Source: Patescibacteria group bacterium (lineage in GTDB: Bacteria > Patescibacteriota > Minisyncoccia > Phycocordibacterales > Phycocordibacteraceae). From it: 64,000 nt of DNA. A model generated the notes under the pieces. The model ran no database searches and was not told where the DNA came from. It worked only from the letters and a program-made list of their open reading frames with translations. Positions 8,998 through 18,869 of the stretch are shown one piece after another. Numbering within the stretch: the stretch's first letter is position 1; each line of letters begins with the position of its first letter. Position numbers and translations under genes: made by a program. Location: contig JAIETW010000001.1 in NCBI GenBank assembly GCA_019744845.1, forward strand, positions 80,299 to 144,298, in the 5' to 3' direction.

Positions 8998-9666
8998 CTA
9001 GCGCCAGTCTATTGGCGTAAGTCCGTTCGTCTCCAGATACGCATTCGCTTTTGAAAACGGCTTGCTGCCGAAGAATCCTCCATGTGCAGAGAATGGTGAA
9101 GGGTGTGGAGATTCAATGACCAAATGCTTGGCGCGATCTATGTGTGCCCCCTTAGAGCGTGCATAGTTACCCCAAAGAATAAATACGAGATGCTCTCGTT
9201 CTTCAGAGAGCGTACGTATCACCGCATCCGTAAACTCCTCCCATCCTTTTCCTTGATGTGAGCCAGCGGCACCTGCGCGTACGGTAAGCGTGGCATTCAA
9301 GAGAAGTACGCCTTGTGTTGCCCATCGCGAGAGATCTCCATTTATCACGTCTGAATCCACACCTGTGTCCTCTTGTACCTCTTTAAATATGTTACGGAGT
9401 GAGGGAGGGTTCTGTACCCCATGGGAGACCGCAAACGAGAGCCCTATCGCTTGTTTTGGCCCGTGGTAGGGGTCTTGGCCGAGTATCACTACCTTCACTT
9501 GATTAAAAGGACACAAATCAAATGCGGCAAAGATATTCTTCGGTGCGGGATATACCGTGTTCTTCTGATATTCCGTTTTTACAAACGCACTGAGCTCCTT
9601 GAAGTATGGCTTCTCAAATTCTTCAGCGAGCTTCTCTTTCCACGAAGACTCAATAACAACACTCAT
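8998..9666 (-). CDS. ung: Uracil-DNA glycosylase family 1
   Basis: GQDPYH, PPSLRNI, GVLLLN, HPSP. Confidence 0.97.
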   Translation of the reverse strand: MSVVIESSWKEKLAEEFEKPYFKELSAFVKTEYQKNTVYPAPKNIFAAFDLCPFNQVKVVILGQDPYHGPKQAIGLSFAVSHGVQNPPSLRNIFKEVQEDTGVDSDVINGDLSRWATQGVLLLNATLTVRAGAAGSHQGKGWEEFTDAVIRTLSEEREHLVFILWGNYARSKGAHIDRAKHLVIESPHPSPFSAHGGFFGSKPFSKANAYLETNGLTPIDWR

Positions 9667-9670
9667 GGCA

Positions 9671-9985
9671 CTACTTAGAAAGGTGAATCTCTATATTCTG
9701 TCGTTCTTTTGGAGATATACGTTCTTTGAGGATTTCTTGAAGAATATTTCTAAGTACTTCAGGAGGATAGTAGAGAGTCTTTTTCCCTGTATGGGAAAGA
9801 GGAGCACCTTGTGAAGTCGCAAGTACGGCATCTATCACGCCAATATGCCTCTGCCCAGTAATCGCCGTAACCGCGTCCACAAGACCGGTGCGGGATAGGT
9901 GACCCTTGGTTTTCTCACGACTCTTACGATTATCAAGATTATCTTTAATCTGTTGATGAAATGCAGACAGTTTTCGCTCAGTCAT
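9671..9985 (-). CDS. Hypothetical protein
   Basis: 104-aa ORF packed between ung and the MGMT gene; TATAAT 6 nt upstream. Confidence 0.6.
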   Translation of the reverse strand: MTERKLSAFHQQIKDNLDNRKSREKTKGHLSRTGLVDAVTAITGQRHIGVIDAVLATSQGAPLSHTGKKTLYYPPEVLRNILQEILKERISPKERQNIEIHLSK

Positions 9986-9992
9986 AACTGCA

Positions 9993-10250
9993 TTATAGCG
10001 CTCCTTCCTCTTCTAGCAGTTTTCGCTTCCGTGCTTCCCCTCCACGGTTATAGTCTCCTATCTTTCCATCTGCGCGGACCACGCGATGGCATGGAACGGT
10101 GGGATCGTAATTATTCTTCATCACGAGTCCCACCGCACGTGCCGCGCCTGGATGTCCTGCAGCGAGAGCCACCTGACCGTAGGTCATAGTTTTCCCTTTC
10201 TTGATCTTACGCACAATATCGCGTACCCGATCTGGAAACCGTGACTTCAT
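9993..10250 (-). CDS. Single-domain O6-methylguanine-DNA methyltransferase (Ogt/MGMT family)
   Basis: TYGQVA...AARAVG...PCHRVV active-site motif. Confidence 0.92.
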   Translation of the reverse strand: MKSRFPDRVRDIVRKIKKGKTMTYGQVALAAGHPGAARAVGLVMKNNYDPTVPCHRVVRADGKIGDYNRGGEARKRKLLEEEGAL

Positions 10251-10252
10251 AG

Positions 10253-11029
10253 CTATTTTTTCTTCTTAGTCTGGTACTTCCAAAGCACCTTGCCCGCCTC
10301 TTCCCGATACGTACAAAAATCACATGGTCCTCCTCCAAAAGCAGTGCCAACAGATGGAAGTTCGTCACTCATAAGTGTTTCTTTCAATTCTCCCAGCATT
10401 GGTTCTACCCATGCGTCATCTCCCGTGTAGGCAACGAGATTAATATCAAACTCAAGCTTTGCATCAAATGCCTTTCGGTCGGTAATACCGTTTGCATATA
10501 CAAAGTATCCGGTTGGAGATACTTCAAATCCGTTTTGACGAAACAGCCACTGATACACCTCAATCTGTTTCTTGTATGAAGGGTACAAGTCATCAGCAGT
10601 GGTAGGCGCTTCTTTCTTAGAGGTTGCTTTGTAGTCCACGATAATCAACTCTCCGGATGGAGTCGTCCATACATCGTCTATACCTCCACGAATAATAAGA
10701 TTCGTCTTCTCGTGGTGCGTCTTAATGCCGCGGCGTAGTGCATCTCGCCACTCTTCAAGACGATCATCCTTAAACGGAACGGCATCTACCCCGTACTTTT
10801 CACTCAAAGGATGCTTCGTGCCATTGGCACGGTGCACATCGAACTCCTTCTTAAAGAGCTCGTCTACCGCATTGTTGAGGGTAAAGGAGGGTCCTGAGGG
10901 GCGTTTAACGCCAAAGCGAAGGTCTAGATAAGAACAACGGCGACACTCAGTGAACGTATCAATCTTGGAACGACTGAGGGTAAAGGGTTCCGAGGACTTC
11001 GGATCAAAGGTCTTAGACTTCCAGGCCAT
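10253..11029 (-). CDS. PD-(D/E)XK nuclease, Cas4/AddB-like
   Basis: LSRSKI...CRRC, GGIDD, IVDYK, QIEVY, C-terminal CDFC. Confidence 0.85.
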   Translation of the reverse strand: MAWKSKTFDPKSSEPFTLSRSKIDTFTECRRCSYLDLRFGVKRPSGPSFTLNNAVDELFKKEFDVHRANGTKHPLSEKYGVDAVPFKDDRLEEWRDALRRGIKTHHEKTNLIIRGGIDDVWTTPSGELIIVDYKATSKKEAPTTADDLYPSYKKQIEVYQWLFRQNGFEVSPTGYFVYANGITDRKAFDAKLEFDINLVAYTGDDAWVEPMLGELKETLMSDELPSVGTAFGGGPCDFCTYREEAGKVLWKYQTKKKK

Positions 11030-11037
11030 ACCAACGA

Positions 11038-11868
11038 TTATACAGGAGATGCGAGCGCATCGCTTTCAGCGACAATTGCCCCTATACGATCCGCGGGAAT
11101 GGCAATAGAGCGGAGCACATCTCGTGAGCTTCTGAGCTGGTTAATGGTCACTATTCCCTTGTCTATAAGAAGCTTCTTCTCTGCCTTACGAAGTGACATG
11201 AGAGCAGTGATTGGAAATACTCCAGAGGCGATAATACGGTCATAGAGATTCCCCTCTGTCGGATAGCTCCATCCAAGGAGGTTAATGCCTGAACAGCGTG
11301 CATATTGAATCGCTTGGTCAGTGAACTTCGTGTTGGTAATGAGATAGCCATGATCAACTGGGCACTTTCCACTAGTCGTCGGGTCACAGTGCCAAATGTC
11401 ATCAAAACGAGCCTTCACATACAGGGCTACTTTCACATCGGTCTTAAAGCGTGGATCGTTGTGATACTTAAGCTCTGCCGCAAGATATTCTCCCCCACGC
11501 TTCGCATAGACATCCACTTCATGCATTACACAGCGTCCTGGAATAAGTTTGCGCCACTCCACTTCCCACCCTTCAGTCTTAAATATCTCCGCAACAAAGT
11601 CTTCAAAGGGGTGTCCGGTAGGACCAAACTCAAAGAGCGCACGACGGAGACTGTAGCGAGCAGCTGCAGGACGTGCTTCCTGCTTAAGCATCGTCATCGC
11701 ACGCTTATAAATTTCTTCCGTGGAAGAGCCTGGTGCAAGAGAATCTTGAATAGTCTGTCGTATACGACGTGCCGTATGATCTCCGGCACCCACGCGATAC
11801 AAGGAGGCTTCTAGTTTCGCGCCGTCGAATGTCTCTACGGTTCCGTCCGATTTAACAATTGCGGTCAT
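11038..11868 (-). CDS. ATP-cone domain fused to Mrr-like restriction endonuclease
   Basis: IVKSDG..ETFD..KL..SL (ATP cone); FEDFVAEIF, EVDV, AELK, LITNTKFT..A..YA (Mrr-like). Confidence 0.8.
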   Translation of the reverse strand: MTAIVKSDGTVETFDGAKLEASLYRVGAGDHTARRIRQTIQDSLAPGSSTEEIYKRAMTMLKQEARPAAARYSLRRALFEFGPTGHPFEDFVAEIFKTEGWEVEWRKLIPGRCVMHEVDVYAKRGGEYLAAELKYHNDPRFKTDVKVALYVKARFDDIWHCDPTTSGKCPVDHGYLITNTKFTDQAIQYARCSGINLLGWSYPTEGNLYDRIIASGVFPITALMSLRKAEKKLLIDKGIVTINQLRSSRDVLRSIAIPADRIGAIVAESDALASPV

Positions 11869-12251
11869 AGTGTTTCAGTAATTATTGCCTTTATTCCGTT
11901 TACATATACTGCACTACGAGTGTTTTCCTCCACCTCAACTTCTCCAGAAAACTCTTTGATCGTAGGAAGCATCAAACACGCCTCAGTATCTTCTTCTACC
12001 GCTACCTCAATATGAATAACACCTTCTTCAGAAAGAATAGGGGCTGCTGACACTCCAGTGCAACGAGTCGGAACTCGGACCGATCCCTCAAATGCGTATA
12101 CACCATCTTCGTATGACTCACTCAACGTCACAAGAGGCGCTTCGGGGCGTACATATTCATCCTCCGCAATAGACGCGTCTATGCGAAGCGCAAGAGAAGC
12201 GGTACCGATGAGTACAAGGCTGCCAATGCTTGCGAGAATCAGAGAACGCAT
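11865..12251 (-). CDS. Hypothetical exported or membrane-anchored protein
   Basis: Hydrophobic N-terminus, PTRC...CLM cysteine pair; start set at MRSL. Confidence 0.6.
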   Translation of the reverse strand: MRSLILASIGSLVLIGTASLALRIDASIAEDEYVRPEAPLVTLSESYEDGVYAFEGSVRVPTRCTGVSAAPILSEEGVIHIEVAVEEDTEACLMLPTIKEFSGEVEVEENTRSAVYVNGIKAIITETL

Positions 12252-12253
12252 GT

Positions 12254-13288
12254 TCAGCCTATGATACCACCGCCTAGACACTGTTCTCCACGGTATAACA
12301 CCATAGATTGCCCCGCGGCGACTGGTTCAGGGAATGATTCAGAAGAACGAAAGACACCTGACGAATCTATTTCGCCCCGGACGATAGGACCATGGTAGCG
12401 ATACTGCGCTTCCACTACTCCTTCTGGTGCTTTTCCTGAAAACCAATTCACCTCATGAAGTGCAACTCCTTCATCGTGTACTTCAGTCTCTCGTGTATGG
12501 CTGACGACAAGTACATTCTCTAATATACGCTTCATAGATACATACCAAGGTCCTGGCGCAGCGTTTACAAGAGAAATGCGTTCTCCGAGAGTGTGTAAAA
12601 GTACACCATCGTGTATTCCCACTTCATTTCCGTCCGTATCTACCGCTTTTCCTGGAGCAGTACCAAATTCTGCACGCAGAAACTCTTCTACGGAGATACT
12701 TCCAAGGAAACAGATCCCCTGGCTATCTCTTTTCTCCGCAACCGGAAGGTTGAACGATTTTGCCAGTTCTCTAGTCTTTCCTTTCACAAATCCTCCTACA
12801 GGGAAAAGAGTCATGGCAAGTGGTTCAGGCTCTATAGCCCAAAGAAAATAACTCTGATCCTTTGCAGGATCATTGCCACGAAGCAGTCTGCCGCCACTGT
12901 GTGTCTGTGCATAGTGTCCTGTGGCAATGAAGTCTGCCCCCGCCTTCTTTGCGTACTCATAAAACACACCAAACTTCACTTCCCGATTACACATCACGTC
13001 TGGGTTTGGTGTGCGTCCACGAGCATATTCAGCCAGCAGGTAGTCTATGACTCCCTTTTTATACTCTAGAGAGGCATCAAGTGTATGAAATGGAATACGA
13101 AGACGTGCCGCAACTCGCATAGCGTCTCGTCTATCCTCTGCCCAGCTACACGGAAGTCCAGGAGGATACCAACCTTTAATAAAAACGCCCGTGACCTCGT
13201 ATCCTTGCTGCTTCAAGAGTGCCGCAGATACTGCAGAGTCTACTCCACCTGAAAGACCTACGTAAACTTTCTTACTTTTTCCGATCAT
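12254..13288 (-). CDS. mnmA: tRNA 2-thiouridylase MnmA
   Basis: SGGVDS, PNPDVMCN, ATGHYA, KDQSYFL, SQGICF. Confidence 0.97.
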   Translation of the reverse strand: MIGKSKKVYVGLSGGVDSAVSAALLKQQGYEVTGVFIKGWYPPGLPCSWAEDRRDAMRVAARLRIPFHTLDASLEYKKGVIDYLLAEYARGRTPNPDVMCNREVKFGVFYEYAKKAGADFIATGHYAQTHSGGRLLRGNDPAKDQSYFLWAIEPEPLAMTLFPVGGFVKGKTRELAKSFNLPVAEKRDSQGICFLGSISVEEFLRAEFGTAPGKAVDTDGNEVGIHDGVLLHTLGERISLVNAAPGPWYVSMKRILENVLVVSHTRETEVHDEGVALHEVNWFSGKAPEGVVEAQYRYHGPIVRGEIDSSGVFRSSESFPEPVAAGQSMVLYRGEQCLGGGIIG

Positions 13289-14129
13289 GCTGTATTAATT
13301 CCTCCACTTCAGTTGCGGTAAGCATAGGGAGCTTCTCTGGGGCTCCAGGTTGCTTATGAATCAAGAGCACCGACTGAGCATCAGTCCCTGCGTCGGAGTC
13401 TCCAATGGCATATCGGATTTCAAGTGTACCTCCTGTTTCTTTCTGTACCTCCTCTACCCAGGCTTTAATGAAAATATTGAAGTGTATGGGAATTTGGATA
13501 AGCATCAACCCATCTTCACGAACCAAGTCATACCAGGTCTGAAGTAGTGCTCCGACAGTTCTTGTATCCGTAGGACTAAACTCAAGACCCTTACCCATTC
13601 GTTCTATCAAGAGGTCTAACTTCTCTCCTTGAAGTTCTTTACGAAGATGCTCATAGAGATCAGGGTCACGAAGGTCACCTTCTATGACGGTGTGGTTCAG
13701 TGCAGCATCCGCAGCACGCATCTCTTCAGTACGCCACTCAGTACTTGGACGAAACCTCTCATCAAACAAGGCAACACCGAATGAACGTTTAAAGAATCCA
13801 GGAGTAAATGCCTTCGCAATATTAGATCCCACACCTCCAAAATCAGCAAAAACCGCGTCACCCCAACGTGCTTTGAGCACTTCCTCTATGTAATCCTTAA
13901 GAAGCTTTGTTCCTTCAGGAAGCACGTCCTTAAACGTCTCATAGTATGAAAGTGAGCTCCCACCTTTGTAATCAAGATCAGTATCAAGCCAGAAATACCG
14001 ATCAAATATAGATTGAGGATTCGTCTTAAAACGATCAATTAAACGCTTGGTCTGACGCTCAGTTTCTTCATGAGCAACTCTCCGGTCATCTCCTTGCGGG
14101 AACCGACTTGATTTGTGCGAGTCGGACAT
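13272..14129 (-). CDS. Hypothetical protein, possible class I SAM-methyltransferase fold
   Basis: FADFGGVG, VIEGDL, LDLLI, LVREDGLMLI resemble degenerate MTase motifs. Confidence 0.45.
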   Translation of the reverse strand: MSDSHKSSRFPQGDDRRVAHEETERQTKRLIDRFKTNPQSIFDRYFWLDTDLDYKGGSSLSYYETFKDVLPEGTKLLKDYIEEVLKARWGDAVFADFGGVGSNIAKAFTPGFFKRSFGVALFDERFRPSTEWRTEEMRAADAALNHTVIEGDLRDPDLYEHLRKELQGEKLDLLIERMGKGLEFSPTDTRTVGALLQTWYDLVREDGLMLIQIPIHFNIFIKAWVEEVQKETGGTLEIRYAIGDSDAGTDAQSVLLIHKQPGAPEKLPMLTATEVEELIQHDRKK

Positions 14130-14135
14130 AAAACG

Positions 14136-15524
14136 TTACGACCGAGCAATCTTTTCTGCGTATCCTGTATAGGAACCAGGAGAAAGTGCAATCAATTCTT
14201 CACGAACTTTCTCAGGAAGTGGAAGTTCCCATACAAATGCACGGATATCTTCGAGAGTAAGAGATGCGCCGCGAGTAAGATCCTTCAGTTTCTCATAGGC
14301 ACCAGTTTGTCCCTCGCGGCGAAGTACGGTCTGAATCGCTTCTGCGAGCACCTCTGGGTGTGCATCAAGTGCATCAGTTACTGCCTTCTCATTCACATAG
14401 ATCTTGCCAAGGCCGGTGAGGAGCATGCGGTACCCGATGAGGGAGTGCGCAAGGGCAAGACCAAAGGTGCGCTCTACGGTTGAATCAGAAAGATCACGCT
14501 GAAGACGAGAGATAGGAAGTTTACGAGCGTAGTGTTCACAAAGTGCATTTGCGACACCCAAGTTCCCTTCTGAATTCTCAAAATCAATAGGATTCACCTT
14601 GTGCGGCATGGTAGAAGAACCGACTTCACCCTCTTTTGGTCTTTGCACTACCCAGCCATCAGAGATGTAGCGCCACATATCCTGGTTAAACCCAATCAAA
14701 ATCGTATTGATGTGTCTGAGTGAATCAAATAACGCGACATAGCTGTCATGGCATTCAATCTGCGTGGTGTAGAGATTTGCCTCAAGCGCGTATGTACGAT
14801 TCACGTTAAAACGATCAATAAAACGCTCACTAAATGCCATCCAATCTATCTGAGGAAAGGCAACGACATGTGCGTTCCAGTTACCCGTCGCTCCATTAAG
14901 TTTTGCTTGAATACGAGTGTTCTTAAGAACGGCAAGGCGACGTTCTATTCGCTTTGCGAATACCTTAAACTCTTTCCCAAAGGTAGTCGGCGTTGCAGAT
15001 TGTCCATGAGTACGAGCAAGCATTGCGAGACCTGCATGTGCGTCTGAGAATTTTGTAAGCTCTCCAATAATCTTCTCTACCTCTGGCCCAAGTGCCTTCT
15101 CTACTGCATCGGAAAGCATGAGCGCATACGCAATGTTGTTCACATCTTCAGAGGTAAGACCGAAATGTACCCATTCACTCTTGGATTCAAGAGAAGTGCC
15201 TTTTAGTTTTCCCTTAATAAAGTACTCAACTGCCTTCACGTCATGACGAGTCGCAAGAATACCCTCGTATCCTTCGGTTTCTATCTTCTTTACGATTTCT
15301 GCATCAGTCTCTGATACGTCTGCAATACGATCTAGCAACTTCTTCTCTTCGTCGGTAAGAGAGATGCCGAGCGCAGGTTCTTCTGCGAGTGCTTTAAGGT
15401 ACTCACACTCTACTAGTACGCGGTATCGAATAAGACCACACTCGCTCACAAATGGAGACAGAGTTTCACCTACTAGCTTGGCGTATCGCCCATCTACCGA
15501 AGAAATGTTCGTAAGGTTGCTCAT
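14136..15524 (-). CDS. purB: Adenylosuccinate lyase
   Basis: HDVKAVEY, HFGLTSED, RTHGQ, GSSTMPHKVNP. Confidence 0.97.
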   Translation of the reverse strand: MSNLTNISSVDGRYAKLVGETLSPFVSECGLIRYRVLVECEYLKALAEEPALGISLTDEEKKLLDRIADVSETDAEIVKKIETEGYEGILATRHDVKAVEYFIKGKLKGTSLESKSEWVHFGLTSEDVNNIAYALMLSDAVEKALGPEVEKIIGELTKFSDAHAGLAMLARTHGQSATPTTFGKEFKVFAKRIERRLAVLKNTRIQAKLNGATGNWNAHVVAFPQIDWMAFSERFIDRFNVNRTYALEANLYTTQIECHDSYVALFDSLRHINTILIGFNQDMWRYISDGWVVQRPKEGEVGSSTMPHKVNPIDFENSEGNLGVANALCEHYARKLPISRLQRDLSDSTVERTFGLALAHSLIGYRMLLTGLGKIYVNEKAVTDALDAHPEVLAEAIQTVLRREGQTGAYEKLKDLTRGASLTLEDIRAFVWELPLPEKVREELIALSPGSYTGYAEKIARS

Positions 15525-16417
15525 ATGTTGCTTGTTTCCATGAGGGCGGCGACGCGCGCATACTTGTCTTCTATCTGTGACATCTCCTCGCCATCACGGA
15601 ATGACTGCTTACTGACATCATTCCAGTTCTGATCGCGAAGACGCCAGCTATCGTTATCAATGACGTCTGAAATCACCACACGGTTATCAATCGTACGGCC
15701 GAATTCAATCTTCAGATCTACAAGCTTGAAATCGTGCATCTCAAAGAATGCTTCAAGTGTTTCAAGTGTCCGTACAATGGCTGACTCCATTTCATTAATC
15801 GTTGCACCCTTAAGTACACGCTCAGCATCAACTGTTCGGTTCAAGAAAGCGGCAGGCTCTTCGCCAGGAGTTTTTGAGTGCATAAGACGCCAGGTTCCTT
15901 CGCGCGGGTTTTCAATAAACGGATCCTCTTCTCCTTTCTGTGGATCAAGACCTTCAGCGAGGACGGTACCGTCCTCATCTATAAGTCCACCCTTAGTGGT
16001 CTTGAGAAAAAACTCAACCACTGGAGGATCAAAGCGGTGTGGTGGTTCTCCTTCTGCAACTGCAAATTCAGGACGACGCTTCAGGTAACTCCCAAAAGCG
16101 TAACGACGCACCACCACTTCAAGTGGAATCATGGTGCACGCCAGACTAAGAAACTCGGTATCAGAAAGCTGACGTACGTAGGAAGTAGGAATCCCCTTTG
16201 CGTTCAACATTTCAAACACACGGGAGGTAGTGATGTTTGAGTACTTTGCCTTCGTAGCAAATTCCTTAGTGAAGGAAGGGTCATCAAACGCCGTAATGGT
16301 GTTTTTATATTCAACAATGACGTGCGCTGGGTCACCCTCTACTGCGAAGATCTTCTTCGTCTTTCCTTCGTTAATGAGTGTCCCCCGCTCAAGTGTATCC
16401 ATAGTGAATATGCTCAT
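15521..16417 (-). CDS. purC: SAICAR synthetase
   Basis: EGKTK, IPLEVVVR..AFGS, LVDLKIEFG, DSWRL, KQSFR. Confidence 0.92.
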   Translation of the reverse strand: MSIFTMDTLERGTLINEGKTKKIFAVEGDPAHVIVEYKNTITAFDDPSFTKEFATKAKYSNITTSRVFEMLNAKGIPTSYVRQLSDTEFLSLACTMIPLEVVVRRYAFGSYLKRRPEFAVAEGEPPHRFDPPVVEFFLKTTKGGLIDEDGTVLAEGLDPQKGEEDPFIENPREGTWRLMHSKTPGEEPAAFLNRTVDAERVLKGATINEMESAIVRTLETLEAFFEMHDFKLVDLKIEFGRTIDNRVVISDVIDNDSWRLRDQNWNDVSKQSFRDGEEMSQIEDKYARVAALMETSNI

Positions 16418-16426
16418 TCTAATACA

Positions 16427-17551
16427 TTATTCCCCAGGTGGAGGGAGCGTAATATTTTCTGGGTCAAAGATAACTTCGCGCTTCCCATCCTCTACCACTC
16501 CCAGATCAAGGAGGTCATATCCTGCGTCTTTTCCGATGCGAAGGGTGTCCTCTACCTGATCGGGTCCTACAAACAAGTAATATCCGATACCCCAGTTAAA
16601 GGTTTTGAGGCAATCATAGAGCGGAAGTCCAATCTGTTCGCGGAAATACTGGAACAATGGTGGCACGGTGCCCCATGAGTGTACGCGGTATGTGAACGGT
16701 CGTTTATCGTACGCAAGCTTCCCTACACCATCTCCCGTTCCAGGAAGAATGGCATGCGGCTTTACGCCCGCAGTGAGAAGCGCCTCAACGAGTGCCACAT
16801 AGGAACGTGTAGGAATAAGCGCTTCCGTACCTAGCGTGTTGCCGTTAGGAAGTTTAGTGAGGAACTGATCAGGGAGTTCAAGTGCCTTGTGAATGACCAC
16901 TGAAATCCCGTTCGCATGGAGGCCAGAAGAAGGAGCGCCAATGATGTGATCTCCTGCAGCAAGTTCTTTTCCTGTAATGAGATTCTCTTTCGGTGCAATA
17001 ATCCCGGTCACACAACCAGAAAGAGAGGGCGCGGCTTTCACTGGGGCCTCTGACTTCATAAGGTACTTAAGCGCAGGTGATTCCCCCGCAGGGAGTGCTG
17101 CGCCAATTTCCTCGCAGATCTCATAGAATCCACGTCCTAGATCATCTGCGCGCTTTTTGTCCGCAAACCAAGACGCATCTCCCACTGCAACTTCATCCGT
17201 AAACACAACCGGCATCGCACCTTGTGCAATAACATCATTGGCGGCCATAAGAACCACATCTTTAGCAATCGCGTCGTAGTACGTCTTGCCAGTGCCTTCG
17301 TTTTGGTACATCCACTCTGCGATCCAGTTTTTGTTTCCAAGACCCTCCTGGGTGTTGCACCACATATGTGACGTGTCGCCACGGTATTCAAATACGCCGC
17401 CATGTGCATGCATGACGTCTTGATTAATATAGACGCCCCGTTTATTCGGAAACGAGAGCGTGCGTGAGCCAGCAGCGATCATTGCCTGTTTGAACGGCTC
17501 CATAACGGAGTAATCAACTCCTGCTTTTGCGTTTGCGCTGTCGTTACTCAT
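16427..17551 (-). CDS. purM: AIR synthetase
   Basis: AGVD, EGLGNK, AGES, SSGLHANG, KTFNWGIG. Confidence 0.9.
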   Translation of the reverse strand: MSNDSANAKAGVDYSVMEPFKQAMIAAGSRTLSFPNKRGVYINQDVMHAHGGVFEYRGDTSHMWCNTQEGLGNKNWIAEWMYQNEGTGKTYYDAIAKDVVLMAANDVIAQGAMPVVFTDEVAVGDASWFADKKRADDLGRGFYEICEEIGAALPAGESPALKYLMKSEAPVKAAPSLSGCVTGIIAPKENLITGKELAAGDHIIGAPSSGLHANGISVVIHKALELPDQFLTKLPNGNTLGTEALIPTRSYVALVEALLTAGVKPHAILPGTGDGVGKLAYDKRPFTYRVHSWGTVPPLFQYFREQIGLPLYDCLKTFNWGIGYYLFVGPDQVEDTLRIGKDAGYDLLDLGVVEDGKREVIFDPENITLPPPGE

Positions 17552-18072
17552 ACCATTTGTGTGCTGTTTAGATACGCTGTGACTCCTAAAGCCTGCAACT
17601 CTTGGTTCTTCGCGTGGACCTCAGTGGCCATTTTTTCCTTGTAGGCAGTAACCTTTGTCCTCATGGCCGTATCCCCTGTGCCAATAATTTGTGCGGCAAG
17701 AATAGCCGCATTCTTCGCGCCGTTAACTGCAACGGTCACAATTGGAGTATCAGTAGGCATCTGTAAGGCTGAGTAGAGTGCGTCTACGCTCTCCGTAGAA
17801 GTGCGGAGGATTGGAACACTAATGACTGGAAGTGTAGTATGCGCTGCAACCGCCGCGCTCAACTGCGCAGCATCTCCTGCGGCACAGATGAGTGCCTTGT
17901 ATCCATCGGCTTCCGCATTCTTAACATAAGATATGAGGGCGTCTCTACTATGGTCTGCAGAGAGGGTATGTACTTTGTGATCAATACCAAATTCTGTAAG
18001 AAGAGTAGAAGCTTCCTGCATGACCGGAAGATCTGAATCTGAGCCCATAAGTATACCGACGACTGTTTTCAT
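17548..18072 (-). CDS. purE: PurE-like protein with altered active-site motifs
   Basis: ILMGSDSD, TTLPVISVP, QMP..PIVTV...NAAILAAQI; SAHR is SADH and AAHL is AAQL. Confidence 0.85.
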   Translation of the reverse strand: MKTVVGILMGSDSDLPVMQEASTLLTEFGIDHKVHTLSADHSRDALISYVKNAEADGYKALICAAGDAAQLSAAVAAHTTLPVISVPILRTSTESVDALYSALQMPTDTPIVTVAVNGAKNAAILAAQIIGTGDTAMRTKVTAYKEKMATEVHAKNQELQALGVTAYLNSTQMV

Positions 18073-18098
18073 GCAATCTAATTAGATGAGTAAGTTTA

Positions 18099-18869
18099 TC
18101 ATGTGAAATATTTCACTGCGTTTTGGAAGACCTGTATACCTTCCGCATGTTTCGGCACCCTCTTCCCCTCTCGCTCATACTTTTCACGAAGGTAGGTCCA
18201 GTGCGGAAGCTGGGTAAAGAAACTTCCACGCTCAGGGTGTGGCATAAGACCAAGCACCCGTCCCTCGTATCCAGTGATTCCTGCAATATCCCTGAGTGCC
18301 CCATTTGGGTTTGCAGGAAGATCAAAACAGCTACTCATCTTCCCCTTCACATATTTGAGTGCGACCTGACCTTTAGACTCGAGAAGATCAAGCGCCTTCT
18401 CAGAGTCATAGTACTTACCCTCTCCGTGCCCTATTGGTACTGAGAGGGTTTTAATACCGTTAAGCCATGGACTCTCACCCACCACCTCAAGATCTACCCA
18501 GCGACAGGTAAAGCGCGCAGAATCGTTTGCAATAAGTGCGCCTGGAAGTATGCTTGCACTCGTCACGATCTGGAATCCGTTACAAATACCTGCCATAAGC
18601 GTATCGCGTGAGAGGAATTCTTGAAGTTCATCCTTCAAGTGATGGGACACGCGTGTGCCGTATGCTTTTCCAGAGCCTGCATCGTCTCCATAGGAGAATC
18701 CTCCTGGGAATACAGCAATCTGGTATTTCTTGAGCATCTTTGATGACGCAATGACATCCTCAAGGTGCACGATATCTGCGATTGCGCCTGATTCCTCAAA
18801 TGCGATCTTTGCCTCCTCTTCACAGTTGAGGCCGTATCCTGAAAAAATAAGTACGCGTGGTGTGGTCAT
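18099..18869 (-). CDS. purQ: FGAM synthase glutaminase subunit
   Basis: GLNCE, PGGFSYGD, GICNGFQ, HGEG, NPNG, MPHPER. Confidence 0.96.
   Translation of the reverse strand: MTTPRVLIFSGYGLNCEEEAKIAFEESGAIADIVHLEDVIASSKMLKKYQIAVFPGGFSYGDDAGSGKAYGTRVSHHLKDELQEFLSRDTLMAGICNGFQIVTSASILPGALIANDSARFTCRWVDLEVVGESPWLNGIKTLSVPIGHGEGKYYDSEKALDLLESKGQVALKYVKGKMSSCFDLPANPNGALRDIAGITGYEGRVLGLMPHPERGSFFTQLPHWTYLREKYEREGKRVPKHAEGIQVFQNAVKYFT

Noticed and set aside
10253-11029. Cas4 of a CRISPR-Cas locus
   Set aside because: No cas1/cas2 or array in the window; solo PD-(D/E)XK nucleases are common.
17548-18869. Alternative genetic code (UGA=Gly, code 25)
   Set aside because: Conserved genes such as purE, purQ and pyrF end at TGA at the expected lengths, and long ORFs are uninterrupted.
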